Shown here piece after piece: positions 54,272 through 64,000 of a DNA stretch of 64,000 nucleotides (position 1 is its first letter; each line of letters begins with the position of its first letter). The position numbers and the translations under genes are program-made. The DNA lies in assembly GCA_963725045.1 (NCBI GenBank), contig CAVRWY010000018.1, positions 93,580 through 157,579 on the forward strand, given 5' to 3'. The DNA comes from an uncultured Gemmatimonadales bacterium. GTDB taxonomy: Bacteria > ARS69. The notes under the pieces are model-generated. The model was given only the letters and a program-made list of their open reading frames with translations, did no database searches and had not been told where the DNA came from.

Positions 54272-54823
54272 AATGACGCCGTCGTCCTTTCCGTCACCCT
54301 TCGCACCCTTGTCGCTTGCGCCCTTGTCGTGCGCGCCCTTTCCGGACACGCGGCCGCGGAAGCGCTCCTTGGCATCGTCGGGGACGAGATCGAGGAGCAT
54401 TCGCCCGCTCTGCAGCGCGAGCGGGTAAGTCTTCGAGGCGCGGGTCGCGGCGAAGCTGCCGGTCGCATCCGCGAGCACTGCGAGAAGGCCGAGAATCGCC
54501 GCGGCGCGAAAGAAACCGAGCGCGCCGCCGAGCAGCCGGTCGATCCAGTTGAGCTGCAGCTTATCGAGCGACTTTCGCAGGATCCAAGTGAGCAGCCCGA
54601 AGACGACCAGGACGAGCGCAAAAGCGCCGACGAAACCGGCGATGTGCGCAACCTGGGGCTTCATCCATTTCTCGAAGAAGTCCCCGATCGGAACACCCAG
54701 GCGCGGGGAGAGAAAGAACGCGGCCAGAACTCCCACGAACGAGAGCACCGTCTTCACGAATCCATCGAAGATCCCGGCAAGGACACTGATCACGACCACC
54801 GCGAGGATGGTCCAATCGATCAT
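54269..54823 (-). CDS. cvpA: CvpA family membrane protein
   Basis: MIDWTILAVVVISVLAGIFDGFVK, WIDRLLGGALGFFR; 4-5 TMs. Confidence 0.88.
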   Translation of the reverse strand: MIDWTILAVVVISVLAGIFDGFVKTVLSFVGVLAAFFLSPRLGVPIGDFFEKWMKPQVAHIAGFVGAFALVLVVFGLLTWILRKSLDKLQLNWIDRLLGGALGFFRAAAILGLLAVLADATGSFAATRASKTYPLALQSGRMLLDLVPDDAKERFRGRVSGKGAHDKGASDKGAKGDGKDDGVI

Positions 54824-54877
54824 GTTCAAGCGCGCTCCCCTTCCCGCATTCCGCAAAGGCGGCGGATCCGCGCGCGC

Positions 54878-54906
54878 AGGGTACTTTCGCCCCCGGGACG
54901 TGTCAA
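54878..54906 (-). promoter_or_regulatory. Sigma70-type promoter for cvpA-algC-manC
   Basis: Minus strand TTGACA-N17-TACCCT immediately after the pntB stop. Confidence 0.55.
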
Positions 54907-56311
54907 TCAGGCGGCGGACTGCAAGTGTGCGGTCAGCTTCTTGATGGAATCCTGTGCGTCGCCGAACACCATCATCGTCTTGGGCTGCGACGAAGAGCTC
55001 GTTCTCGATGCCCGCGAAACCGGGATTCATGCTGCGCTTCAAGACACGATCGACGCGCGCGACTGGTCGCAGTTGAACATCGGCATCCCGAAGATCGGGC
55101 TTCCCGGATTGGTGCGCGCCGCCGGGTTCACCACGTCGTTCGCGCCCACCACCAGAACCACGTCGGTTTGCACGAAGTCGTCGTTGATCTCGTCGAGCTC
55201 GAAGAGCTGGTCGTAGGGAACGTTCGCCTCCGCGAGCAGCACGTTCATGTGCCCGGGCATACGCCCCGCGACCGGATGGATCGCGTAGCGCACGCGCGTG
55301 CCGCCCTTCTCCAGCTCGTGGCGAGCTCGCGCACCGCGTGCTGCGCCTGCGCGACCGCCATGCCGTAGCCGGGGATCACGATGACACTACTTCGGGGCGT
55401 AAGATTTCCGCGACTTCGTCCGCGCCGGCGACGTTCACGCGCAGCACCGGCGCCGGCTTGCGGCGCTGCTCCCGCTTGCGTCACTTCCGTGCCGAACGCA
55501 CCGAACAGCACGTTCGTGAACGAGCGGTTCATCGCCTTGGACATCAAGATCGGCGAGGATGAAGCCCGACCCGCCGTCGAGCGCACCGCAGATGATGAGC
55601 ACCTGGTTGTCCAGCGCGAACCCGGACGCGGACGCAGCGAGCCCCGCGTAGGAGTTCAGCAGGCAGATCACCACCGGCATGTCCGCGCCGCCGATCGGCA
55701 GCACCAAGCAGCACGCCGAGCGCGAAGCGAGAGCGCCAGCATTCCGTAGAAGAGCGCGGGCGTCTCGGGCCGCGCCACCAGCACCGACCAGAATGACCAG
55801 CGCGACGCCGAGCGAGCCGATCGTCACCGGATTCTGCATCGGAAACGTGATCGGCTTGCCCGGCAGAATTCCCTGCAGCTTCCCGAACGCCATGAGGCTG
55901 CCGGTGAACGTGACCGCACCCATCAAGACCTCGAATCCGGTGACGCCCATGTGAAAGCGGTCGAGGTGTCCCCCGTGGCGCATGTACTCGATCACTCCGA
56001 CCAGCGCGACCGCGAGGCCGCCGAACGCGTGCGACGAGCGCGATTCGCTCCGGCATCTTCGTCATCGGGATCCACATGCCCATCGGGAATTCCGATGATC
56101 GTGCCGACGATGAGCCCCGCCGACGATCCACTCGAAGCGCACGATCTCGGGCCGCAGCAGCGTGCCGACGACCGCGATGACCATGCCCGACGACCGCCAG
56201 CTGCGTCCCGCGCCGTGCGGTGTCGGGATGGGTCAGCCCGCGAAGCCCGAGAGATGAACAGGAGCGAGGCCGCGAAGATAAGCGAATCGCGGTGAAGGCT
56301 TCGGCGGTCAC
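54907..56311 (-). CDS. pntB: NAD(P) transhydrogenase beta subunit (many frameshifts)
   Basis: Fragments [104 protein letters not shown]. Confidence 0.92.
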
Positions 56312-56613
56312 GCGCTCGGCGATCCGGCTTCTTCCGGAACATCTTCAGCATGCGATCGGTGATCAGGAATCCGCCGACGACGTTGATCGTCGCGGCGGTG
56401 ACCGCGATCGTCCCCAGCGCGGTGGCGGCGGAACCGTAGTTCGGCCCCCGCGACCACCAGCGATGCGACGAGCGAGATGCCCGAGATCGCGTTCGTGAAC
56501 GACATGAGCGGCGTGTGCAGGAGCGGCGGAACCCGCGAAATGAGGCGATACCCCGCGAAGATCGCGAGGACGAAGATCGTGAAGAGCTGCAGGAGATCGG
56601 AGGTCTCGGTCAA
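56308..56613 (-). CDS. pntA: NAD(P) transhydrogenase alpha subunit part 2 (membrane part; frameshift near the 3' end)
   Basis: RVPPLLHTPLMSFTNAISG; another frame gives NVVGGFLITDRMLKMFRK. Confidence 0.9.
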   Translation of the reverse strand: MTETSDLLQLFTIFVLAIFAGYRLISRVPPLLHTPLMSFTNAISGISLVASLVVAGAELRFRRHRAGDDRGHRRDDQRRRRIPDHRSHAEDVPEEAGSPSA

Positions 56614-56655
56614 ACGATGGCTCCGCGGGCCGGTGGGATCGACGGCGCTGCGCGA

Positions 56656-56684
56656 AGCGTAGGAGTGGGCGACATCGCTGTCAA
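56656..56684 (-). promoter_or_regulatory. Sigma70-type promoter for pntA2-pntB
   Basis: Minus strand TTGACA-N17-TACGCT between the receptor stop and the pntA2 start. Confidence 0.6.
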
Positions 56685-56685
56685 T

Positions 56686-58620
56686 TCAACCCCAGAACCG
56701 CCACGACACGCCGAACATCCAGGAGAACCCGGGAAGCCGATAGCCCGGCTCGATCTCGTCGGCGCGCTCGAGCAGATCGTGGAGGCGAAAGTGCAGCAGC
56801 GCGTCGCCGATCTCGGCCTCGCCGACGACGTCCGTCACCCATGCGTCGATGACCGCGGCCCCGTTCTCGTCCAGCCGGTCGCCGAGATAGGTGAGCCGCC
56901 CCCGCAGTCGCGCATGCAGCGAGTTGCGAAAGAACTCGTTGGAGAGCACGCCCTCCCCGGTCCAAAGGCGGCCGGGAACCCGCGGCAGCCGCTCCCCGGT
57001 CTCTTCCATCACATCGTCACGCAGCGCGAAGCTGGTGTGAAACGTGAGATCGCCGACGACCGCCGCCTTCGGAATCGGGAACGTTTCCGTGTCGAGCCCG
57101 AACGTGACCCCGCGCAGCTCTCCCGTACCGGCAGGGGCCGCATCTGCGGGATCGCGGCGGCGCACTTCCTCGAAGGAGGGCTCGGGCCGGTAGTGGTCGA
57201 CCCGCGTCCAGTCCCCTTCCAGCGAGAGAGTCGCGGGCCCTTTGGTCCATGCCGCCCGCAGGGTCGTGCCCTGATGGACCTCGTTCAAATTGGAAAAGGG
57301 TGCGTCGCGCGCCGGGATGCGCTCCGCGCGCGAGAGCGTCGCACCGAACGAAAGCGGCGCCTCGGTCCACTCTCCTTCCACGCGCGCATGAAACGCCTCG
57401 TCGCGCTCTTCTTCCGCATCGGCGCGAATCGTGCCCGTCGCTCGCAGGGCGCCGAACGTCGCGCTCGATCGAAGCGCCCCGCCGCCGCGAAGAAAGCGAT
57501 CGATCGAGGGGCTCCCCTCCGTTTCGATGCGCCAGCGCGAGATTTCCCCGCGCACGACCGATTCGAGCGGCCCCACGCGCGGCAGATCGATGGTCGCGTG
57601 CGCTTCGGGAACGGAGTAGTGCCGCGTGCGCGGCGTGAGATCGTCGTCGTTCTCGACCTTTTCCCGCAACCAGCGAAGCTCGAGCAGCGCACCGCGAGCG
57701 CCGTCCCACGCGTGAAAGAGCTTCGCCCCGTAGTGCGAAGCGCGCGTCTCCACCGGAACGACGGGAAGCTCGTCGACGCCGCCGGAGCGTTCGTCTCCTT
57801 CATAGCGGCGAATCGACGCCTCCCCTTCCAATCCGAACGGCAATGCTCCGGCGAGACGTCCCGCGAACTGCCGGTCCACTTCCTTCGTGCCGGGGAAGAG
57901 CCCGTCGATCCGGCGCGATTCCATGGTCGCGAAGAATCCGGCACGCGTCCCCAGGTGGCGCGACGCCTGGAACGAGGCGCGCTGGAATTCGTCGGAGCCT
58001 TCTTCGCCGACCGCGCGGATGAGCAGATCGCCGACGTGCGGAAAGCGCGGGACGACGACGGCGGCCCCGGCCGCGGCTTGCGGTCCGTACAGTGCTGCGG
58101 CGCCGCCGCGGAGCAAGTCCACGCCGGCGAGCTCGGACATCACTGCCTCTTCGGAGTGCGGCCCGGAAGTTCCCGGCAGCACCAGCGAGACGCCGTCGAA
58201 GAGAAGATCCGACGACGACGATCCCGCGCCGCCGAACGCGAAGGATTCCGGACTCGGCCCCTGCGAGAGCTCGCGCGTGCGCACGCCCGGCTGGAGGCGA
58301 ATCATTTGCCCGATCGTGGAGAGCGCGACGGGCTCCATCGGATCGGCGGGCTCGCGAAACGGAATGCGCACGGCGTTCGACCATTCGAGTCGAAAGCTGG
58401 AGAGCGAGAGAATCGCGGGATGCGGGCGATGGAACGGACGCGGCGCTGCGGTGGAGTCGGCGTGCGCCGCAGCGGCGGAATCCATGGTGGCCGCGGATCG
58501 CATCGGCGCGGCCGTGGAGTCGGGACGGATGATGATCGGCACCGCAGCGGCGGAATCCGGACGCACGGCGGCGCCGGAGTCGGCGAGCGCCGCCGCGAGC
58601 ACGAACGCGGCGAGCGTCAC
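56686..58620 (-). CDS. TonB-dependent receptor-like outer-membrane protein
   Basis: Plug-like segment (LQPGVRT...LLFDGV...VDLLRGGAAALYG..AAAG), amphipathic beta-strands, aromatic C-terminus GVSWRFWG; GTG overlaps the upstream stop. Confidence 0.75.
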   Translation of the reverse strand: MTLAAFVLAAALADSGAAVRPDSAAAVPIIIRPDSTAAPMRSAATMDSAAAAHADSTAAPRPFHRPHPAILSLSSFRLEWSNAVRIPFREPADPMEPVALSTIGQMIRLQPGVRTRELSQGPSPESFAFGGAGSSSSDLLFDGVSLVLPGTSGPHSEEAVMSELAGVDLLRGGAAALYGPQAAAGAAVVVPRFPHVGDLLIRAVGEEGSDEFQRASFQASRHLGTRAGFFATMESRRIDGLFPGTKEVDRQFAGRLAGALPFGLEGEASIRRYEGDERSGGVDELPVVPVETRASHYGAKLFHAWDGARGALLELRWLREKVENDDDLTPRTRHYSVPEAHATIDLPRVGPLESVVRGEISRWRIETEGSPSIDRFLRGGGALRSSATFGALRATGTIRADAEEERDEAFHARVEGEWTEAPLSFGATLSRAERIPARDAPFSNLNEVHQGTTLRAAWTKGPATLSLEGDWTRVDHYRPEPSFEEVRRRDPADAAPAGTGELRGVTFGLDTETFPIPKAAVVGDLTFHTSFALRDDVMEETGERLPRVPGRLWTGEGVLSNEFFRNSLHARLRGRLTYLGDRLDENGAAVIDAWVTDVVGEAEIGDALLHFRLHDLLERADEIEPGYRLPGFSWMFGVSWRFWG

Positions 58621-59147
58621 GAACGCGCCCGGTGGCGCAGCACCACCCCGACGAGTGGGGGCCCCGCGAGCGCGAATGCGGCCGTGTTCCACACCATGTG
58701 CCACGCGCCGAACGCGAGCCCGGCCGCGAGCACGGGCCATGGATCGCGAAGCGCACCCATGATCCAAGCCGTGCCCAAGTTCGTGAGCACGTCGTACACG
58801 AATGTAAGGAGGAGCCCGAGCGCGCCCGCGACGATCGGCGCGCGCACCACACGCCGCCCCAGCCAACCGCCCACCGCGCCAAAGATCGCAAGCCCGGCGA
58901 CCTGCGCGGCGAACACCGGCGGTGGGGCCGGACCGAGCGGATTCAACCCCGAGTAGATAGACATGGCTCCCGCGGCGCACAACGCGCCACCCGCCGAACC
59001 CAGCGCCGCACCCGCGACGAACGCACCCAAGCTGATGAGCTCGAAGTTCGGGATCGGCAGGAGAATCTGGCGGAGAAATCCCAGCGCCGCGACGAGGGAC
59101 ATGAAAACAGCGAGACGAGCGACCTCGCGCGGGGTGGCGGATGCCAT
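58617..59147 (-). CDS. ECF-type S-component (CbrT-like)
   Basis: About 176 aa, about 6 TMs, R..A..M.L..ALG..R...IPN pattern, YDVLTNL. Confidence 0.7.
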   Translation of the reverse strand: MASATPREVARLAVFMSLVAALGFLRQILLPIPNFELISLGAFVAGAALGSAGGALCAAGAMSIYSGLNPLGPAPPPVFAAQVAGLAIFGAVGGWLGRRVVRAPIVAGALGLLLTFVYDVLTNLGTAWIMGALRDPWPVLAAGLAFGAWHMVWNTAAFALAGPPLVGVVLRHRARS

Positions 59148-59197
59148 GGCGGGAAGCCGAAGTTAGTCCCGCTTCACGAGCCCGTCAACGATGGAAT

Positions 59198-60985
59198 CTA
59201 GTGGCTGTTCTGGACCAGCCTCTCGAGGCGGCTGCGGGTGTCGCGGAAGTTGGGATCGACTTCGAGAATCTTCTGGAAATGCTCGATCGCTTCCGCCTCG
59301 CGGTCGGTGACGCCGCACGCGATGCCCAAGTTGTAATGGATGCCGAGGCGATCGCGGTCGTCGTAGCCGGGAAGGTCCAGCGCCTTCTGGAGCTCGCGAA
59401 TCGCGAGGTCGATCTGTCCCTTGCGCAGAAAGCAGTAGCCAAGCATCTCCTGACTGGGGAGCGCGAACTCGTTGCCGCGCGCCGCGACCTCGAACTCCGC
59501 GACGGCGTCGTCGAAGAGCTCCATCTCCAGATACGTGGTCCCGAGATCGTAGTGCGCTTGGTGGTCGTCGAGATCCAGGATCTCGCGGGTCGCGTCGCGG
59601 AAGTCGGCGATGACCTCGGAGACGTCGCCTCCTTCGCGCACCAGCTCGAAGTCGTCGCCGATGACGACCGCCTGTTCCACCGAAGTGGCCGGCTCGTCGA
59701 AGAACTGGCGCAGCTGCTCCGGATCGGGGCGATTCGCAGGGTCCACCTTCGTCTCGCCGAGATCGCGCATGGACCCGCGCAGCGGATTCTCCTGGATCGA
59801 GCTCACCATGTCCTCTTCCGGCGCGGGCGCGACTTCCGACTTCAATTGCCCGCGCTCGTGCGGAATCTCCCACACGATCTCCGACGAAGGCGTGCGTGCC
59901 GCGGGCGCCGCCGCCACCGGAGCGGGAGCTTCCTGCGCGGGCGGCGCGGGCGGCGAAGACGCAACCGGGAGCTCGAGCGAGGCGTGCGCCGGCTCGGGCG
60001 TGCGCTTCATGGTGCGCGGCGGCAGAGGCGGCGGCTTGGGCAGGTGCGGATGCTTCGCCGGATCGTAGAGCTTCCAGGAGGCGGACGGGGTCCGTTGGAT
60101 TTCGAGCCCATCGACGTTGGGCTCCGGCTCAGGGGCCGGGGCCGAGGCCGCGGGGAGCGCCGGCTCCGGCGTCGCGACCGGGGGCTCCGAAGGGGCGTCA
60201 GTGCCCTTGGTCCAGAACGTTTCCGGCTGATCGAGCTCGAGCTGCTTGGCCCCGGTGAACGACTTCAGATGCGGCGCGTCGCGCAGCTCCTCGCGAATCG
60301 TGGCGGGAGGCGCGGCGGCCTCGTCGGAGAGTGTGCGCAGGCTCATGAGCCCCGCGACGTTCTCCTTCTGTTCTTCCTCCGGAGCGCGCGGCGCGGAGCC
60401 GAGCTTGTACGCCTTCGCTTGCCACTTCGCGGCGAGATCGGCACGCCCGCGGTCGGCGAAGGCCTGCGCGGCCTGCGCGTACATCGCCGCCGCATCGTGA
60501 TGGCGATTCACGCGCTCCAGCATGTCGCCGTAGTGGGCGTGGAGCTCCGCGAAGCTCGGGAGCTTCTCGCACGCATCCGCGAACGCGGCGAGCGCGGCGG
60601 GATACTCTCCCTGCTGATCCTTGCGACGCGCGAATTCGTTCAGGAACTTCACGCAGTCCATGCCCAGGCCCTGGCGTGCGTAGAGCGTTCCCAGCATTCC
60701 GTAGACGTCGATTTGCTCGCGATCGAAGCGCAGGATCTTCTTCCCCACCGCGATGGCGTTGTGGAAGAGACCTTCGTCGGAGTAGGCGCGCGCTGCGCGC
60801 AGGTAGCAGTCGAACCCCTTCTCGAGATTCTCCTGCTTGCAGTAGATGTCACCGATCAGATTCAGAATCGCGGGGTTGGGCTTCTTCGACTGGCCGAGAA
60901 GCGCCTGGTATTCCTCGACGGCTTCTTCGTACCGCCCCTTCGCGAGAAGCTCCGAAGCCCTGCGCTTGATGTCCAGATCGGTCAA
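59198..60985 (-). CDS. TPR protein with central Pro/Ala-rich linker
   Basis: N-terminal TPRs (NAIAVGKKIL, YGMLGTLY), disordered linker, C-terminal TPRs (HYDLGTTYLEMELFDDAVAEF, HYNLG). Start uncertain (60985 or 61024). Confidence 0.82.
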   Translation of the reverse strand: MTDLDIKRRASELLAKGRYEEAVEEYQALLGQSKKPNPAILNLIGDIYCKQENLEKGFDCYLRAARAYSDEGLFHNAIAVGKKILRFDREQIDVYGMLGTLYARQGLGMDCVKFLNEFARRKDQQGEYPAALAAFADACEKLPSFAELHAHYGDMLERVNRHHDAAAMYAQAAQAFADRGRADLAAKWQAKAYKLGSAPRAPEEEQKENVAGLMSLRTLSDEAAAPPATIREELRDAPHLKSFTGAKQLELDQPETFWTKGTDAPSEPPVATPEPALPAASAPAPEPEPNVDGLEIQRTPSASWKLYDPAKHPHLPKPPPLPPRTMKRTPEPAHASLELPVASSPPAPPAQEAPAPVAAAPAARTPSSEIVWEIPHERGQLKSEVAPAPEEDMVSSIQENPLRGSMRDLGETKVDPANRPDPEQLRQFFDEPATSVEQAVVIGDDFELVREGGDVSEVIADFRDATREILDLDDHQAHYDLGTTYLEMELFDDAVAEFEVAARGNEFALPSQEMLGYCFLRKGQIDLAIRELQKALDLPGYDDRDRLGIHYNLGIACGVTDREAEAIEHFQKILEVDPNFRDTRSRLERLVQNSH

Positions 60986-61143
60986 GGGTTCCCCCTCCGG
61001 AAACCGGAATCGGGAGTCGCGCACACGGCCAACCGCCGTCCCGGTGCGATCCGGGTGGGGTCCGGGGGTCGGGCTTTCTCACAGTTCGGCCGATCCTTGC
61101 GGAAGCTTGAGAAAACGCCCCAGGGTCGTCGAAGAAAGCTCGA

Positions 61144-62430
61144 TCAAACGGCAACGAGCCGCCCATCCTCTACGACGACCTGTCCTCTTTTGATCACGAT
61201 TCGCACGAGGTTCGCCCCGAAGCGATAGGCCAGGTGGCGGTGGTCCGGAGCGTCCAAAACGACCAGATCCGCCTGTTTTCCGGCTCGAATCGACCCAATT
61301 CGCTCGGCGCGGCGGAGCGCGAACGCGGCGTTGATCGTGGCGGCGGCGAGCGCCTCGCCGGGTTGGAGCCGCAAATGGAGGCAGGCCAGCCCGACGACCA
61401 CGCCCATGGAGTCGATCGCCGAGCTCCCCGGATTGAAGTCGCTGGCCAGCGCGACCGCGACCCCGGCCTCCACCAGCCGGCGCGAGTCCGCCGGGGGAAT
61501 GCGCAGCGAAAACGTGGTCCCGGGCAGCAGCGTGCCGATCGTGGAGGAGCGGGCGAGTGCCTGCACCCCTTCGTCGGAGATCGCGCTCAGATGATCGGCC
61601 GAGGCGGCGCCCATCTCCGCCGCGAGCTCGGCCGCGCCCGACGGAGCGAACTCGTCGGCGTGGAGACGGATTCCGAGCCCGTGCGCCGCCCCCGCCTCGA
61701 GCACGCGGCGCGTCTGCTCGGGCGTGTACACGCCGCGCTCGCAGAAGACGTCGGCGAACTCGGCGAGCCTTTCGCGCGCCACCGCGGGAATCATCTCGCG
61801 CACCAGGAGATCGACGTAGCCGTCGCGGTCGCGCGCGTACTCCGGTGGAAACTCGTGCGCGCCGAGAAACGTGGGCACCACGTCGATCGGATGATCCTTC
61901 GCCGCGCGCGCGATCGCGCGAAGCTGCTTGAGCTCGTGCTCGGTGGCGAGCCCGTATCCCGACTTCGCTTCCGCGGTGGTGGTGCCGTGCAACAGAAACC
62001 GGTCGAGACGCGCGCGGGTGAGCGCGACGAGCTCGTCTTCGGACGCGGCGCGAGTCGCACGCACGGACGACGCGATTCCCCCGCCGGAAGCGGCGATCTC
62101 TTGATACGTGCGCCCGGCGAGACGCATGGCGAACTCGTCATGGCGCCAGCCGGCGAACGGGAGATGGGTGTGCGAATCGACGAAGCCGGGAATCACGACG
62201 CGGCCGCGGCAGTCGATGCGGCGCGCGCCCGGGGCGGGCGCCAGCGCTGCGGCGGCGTCCGCGGCGGGTCCGACCCAGACGACGTCGGCGCCGCGCATGG
62301 CGACGGAGCCGGGAGCGATGCGCCCGATCTCGGCGAGGTCGTCGCGCCGGCGCGGACCGTCGAGGCCCGGCGCTTCCATCGTGAGGATTTCGTTCGCGTT
62401 CTCGAGCAGGAGATCGCACGAAATCGGCAT
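61144..62430 (-). CDS. hutI: Imidazolonepropionase
   Basis: PGFVDSHTH, GGGIASSV, EAKSGYGL, FLGAHE, DVFCE, RLHADE, SADHL, ALASDFNPGS. Confidence 0.96.
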   Translation of the reverse strand: MPISCDLLLENANEILTMEAPGLDGPRRRDDLAEIGRIAPGSVAMRGADVVWVGPAADAAAALAPAPGARRIDCRGRVVIPGFVDSHTHLPFAGWRHDEFAMRLAGRTYQEIAASGGGIASSVRATRAASEDELVALTRARLDRFLLHGTTTAEAKSGYGLATEHELKQLRAIARAAKDHPIDVVPTFLGAHEFPPEYARDRDGYVDLLVREMIPAVARERLAEFADVFCERGVYTPEQTRRVLEAGAAHGLGIRLHADEFAPSGAAELAAEMGAASADHLSAISDEGVQALARSSTIGTLLPGTTFSLRIPPADSRRLVEAGVAVALASDFNPGSSAIDSMGVVVGLACLHLRLQPGEALAAATINAAFALRRAERIGSIRAGKQADLVVLDAPDHRHLAYRFGANLVRIVIKRGQVVVEDGRLVAV

Positions 62431-64000
62431 CAACGCTCCGTGATGCCGGGCAAGTCCAGCCCGGTGCGCCGCGCGTGCTCGATCGCTTCGTCGTAGCCGG
62501 CGTCCGCGTGGCGCATGACCCCGGTTCCCGGATCCGCGGTGAGCACTCGCTCCAGACGCGCGCCCGCCTCCTTCGTGCCGTCGGCGACGATCACCATGCC
62601 GGCATGGAGCGAGTTCCCGATCCCGACGCCGCCGCCGTGATGGAAGCTGACCCAGGTGGCGCCGCACGCGGTGTTCAAGAGCGCGTTCAGAATCGGCCAA
62701 TCGGCGATCGCATCCGAGCCGTCCTTCATTCCTTCCGTCTCGCGATACGGTGAGGCAACGGAGCCGGCATCCAGGTGATCGCGCCCGATCACGATCGGCG
62801 CCTTCACGCGACCGGAAGCGACCAGCTCGTTGAAGAGCAGCCCCGCACGGTGGCGCTCTCCGTAGCCGAGCCAGCAGATGCGCGCGGGAAGTCCCTGGAA
62901 CGCGACGCGCTGCGCGGCGAGCGGCAGCCAGCGCGCCAGCACGCGATCTTCCGGGAACGCGCGCAGGAGCGCTTCGTCGGTCGCGGCGATATCCGCGGGA
63001 TCACCGGAGAGCGCGGCCCAGCGGAACGGCCCCTTGCCCCGGCAGAAGAGCGGGCGAATGAACGCGGGAACGAATCCGGGATAGGAATATGCATTCGTGA
63101 GCCCGCCCTCTTGCGCCGCCCCGCGCAGATTGTTGCCGTAGTCGAAGACGATCGCGCCCCGCTCCTGCATGCGCTGCATGGCGCGCACGTGGCGCACCGC
63201 CGTTTCCTTGGCGCGGCGCACGTATTCGTGCGGACTCTCGACGCGCAGGCGCAGCGCGTCCGCATAGGGAAGTCCTGCGGGCACGTACCCCTGCAGAAGA
63301 TCGTGCGCGGACGTTTGGTCAGTGACCACGTCGGGCAGCTCGCCGGAATCGAAGATGTGCTCGAAGAGATCGGCCGCGTTCATCTCGATGCCGACCGAGA
63401 GCGGACGTTTCGCGCGCTTCGCTTCCATGACCATGGCCATCGCTTCTGGGAACGACGGCGCGACCTGATCCAGATAGCGCGTCTCCAGGCGCCGCTGCAT
63501 GCGATGCGGATCGACTTCGGCCAAGAGGCACACGCCTCCGTTCATGGTCACGGCGAGCGGCTGCGCGCCGCCCATTCCGCCGAGTCCCGCCGAAAGCACG
63601 AAGCGCCCGCGAAGATCGCCGCCGTAATGCTGCTCCGCGAGCGAAGCGAACGTCTCGAACGTGCCTTGCAGGATTCCCTGGGTGCCGATGTAGATCCAGC
63701 TTCCCGCGGTCATTTGTCCGTACATGGTGAGACCCAGAGCTTCCAGCCGGCGAAACTCGTCCCAGTGCGCCCAGCGCGGAACGAGATTCGAGTTGGCGAT
63801 GAGGACGCGCGGAGCGTCGGCGTGCGTCTTGAAGACGCCGACCGGTTTTCCGGATTGCACGAGCAGCGTCTCGTTCGATTCCAAGCGGCGAAGCGTGCGC
63901 ACCAGATCGTCGAATGCGCCCCAGCTGCGCGCCGCGCGGCCCGAGCCTCCGTAGACGATGAGCTGGTCGGGAAGCTCGGCGACGTCGGGATCGAGGTTGT
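62430..64000 (-). CDS. hutU: Urocanate hydratase (5' end outside the window)
   Basis: [66 protein letters not shown]. Confidence 0.97.
   Translation of the reverse strand, partial: NLDPDVAELPDQLIVYGGSGRAARSWGAFDDLVRTLRRLESNETLLVQSGKPVGVFKTHADAPRVLIANSNLVPRWAHWDEFRRLEALGLTMYGQMTAGSWIYIGTQGILQGTFETFASLAEQHYGGDLRGRFVLSAGLGGMGGAQPLAVTMNGGVCLLAEVDPHRMQRRLETRYLDQVAPSFPEAMAMVMEAKRAKRPLSVGIEMNAADLFEHIFDSGELPDVVTDQTSAHDLLQGYVPAGLPYADALRLRVESPHEYVRRAKETAVRHVRAMQRMQERGAIVFDYGNNLRGAAQEGGLTNAYSYPGFVPAFIRPLFCRGKGPFRWAALSGDPADIAATDEALLRAFPEDRVLARWLPLAAQRVAFQGLPARICWLGYGERHRAGLLFNELVASGRVKAPIVIGRDHLDAGSVASPYRETEGMKDGSDAIADWPILNALLNTACGATWVSFHHGGGVGIGNSLHAGMVIVADGTKEAGARLERVLTADPGTGVMRHADAGYDEAIEHARRTGLDLPGITER

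Overview
High-GC chromosomal window from a diderm bacterium with LPS genes. A secreted LVIVD protein ending in a FlgD-Ig-like domain points to a Ca. Eisenbacteria/Latescibacterota/Krumholzibacteriota-like lineage (inference only). Nearly all genes are on the minus strand. In order: (1) 1-10.8 kb housekeeping: rnc, fabF-acpP-fabG-fabD-fabH-plsX-rpmF-yceD, ndk, sucDC and split hldE (rfaE1/rfaE2). (2) 11-24 kb: DUF3467, GH57 branching enzyme, rnd with a structured upstream RNA candidate, pfkB, lpxL, dprA, a HEAT protein, obg, a HAD hydrolase, an S41 peptidase, a palindromic repeat array, FmdB, coaD, rsmD and aroK. (3) 24-49 kb: a near-complete type IVa pilus locus in Myxococcus/Geobacter-like order (comEA-pilB-T-C-S-R, two pilA, pilH/I/G-like ABC module, pilD, second two-component system, pilM-N-O-P-Q, then aroK). 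It carries extra content: an FG-GAP protein, an opposite-strand HTTM + partner pair next to the pilins, and a toxin-antitoxin-like insert. (4) 49-64 kb: LVIVD/FlgD protein, manC, algC, cvpA, pntA2/pntB without pntA1, a TonB-dependent receptor + ECF S-component pair, a TPR protein, hutI and hutU. Non-coding highlights are a 165-bp MITE with perfect 21-bp inverted ends between cvpA and algC, a dispersed 211-bp long-palindrome repeat family (21.4-21.9 kb and 41.1-41.4 kb), and a ~185-nt RNA with mutually exclusive 1-2-3-4 helices upstream of rnd. About 17 genes carry frameshifts, including essential obg, clustered at 38.8-50.2 kb and 53.3-56.5 kb; these are most likely consensus-sequence errors. 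No CRISPR array, tRNA or rRNA was found. All family assignments come from motif recognition by eye; no database search was run.
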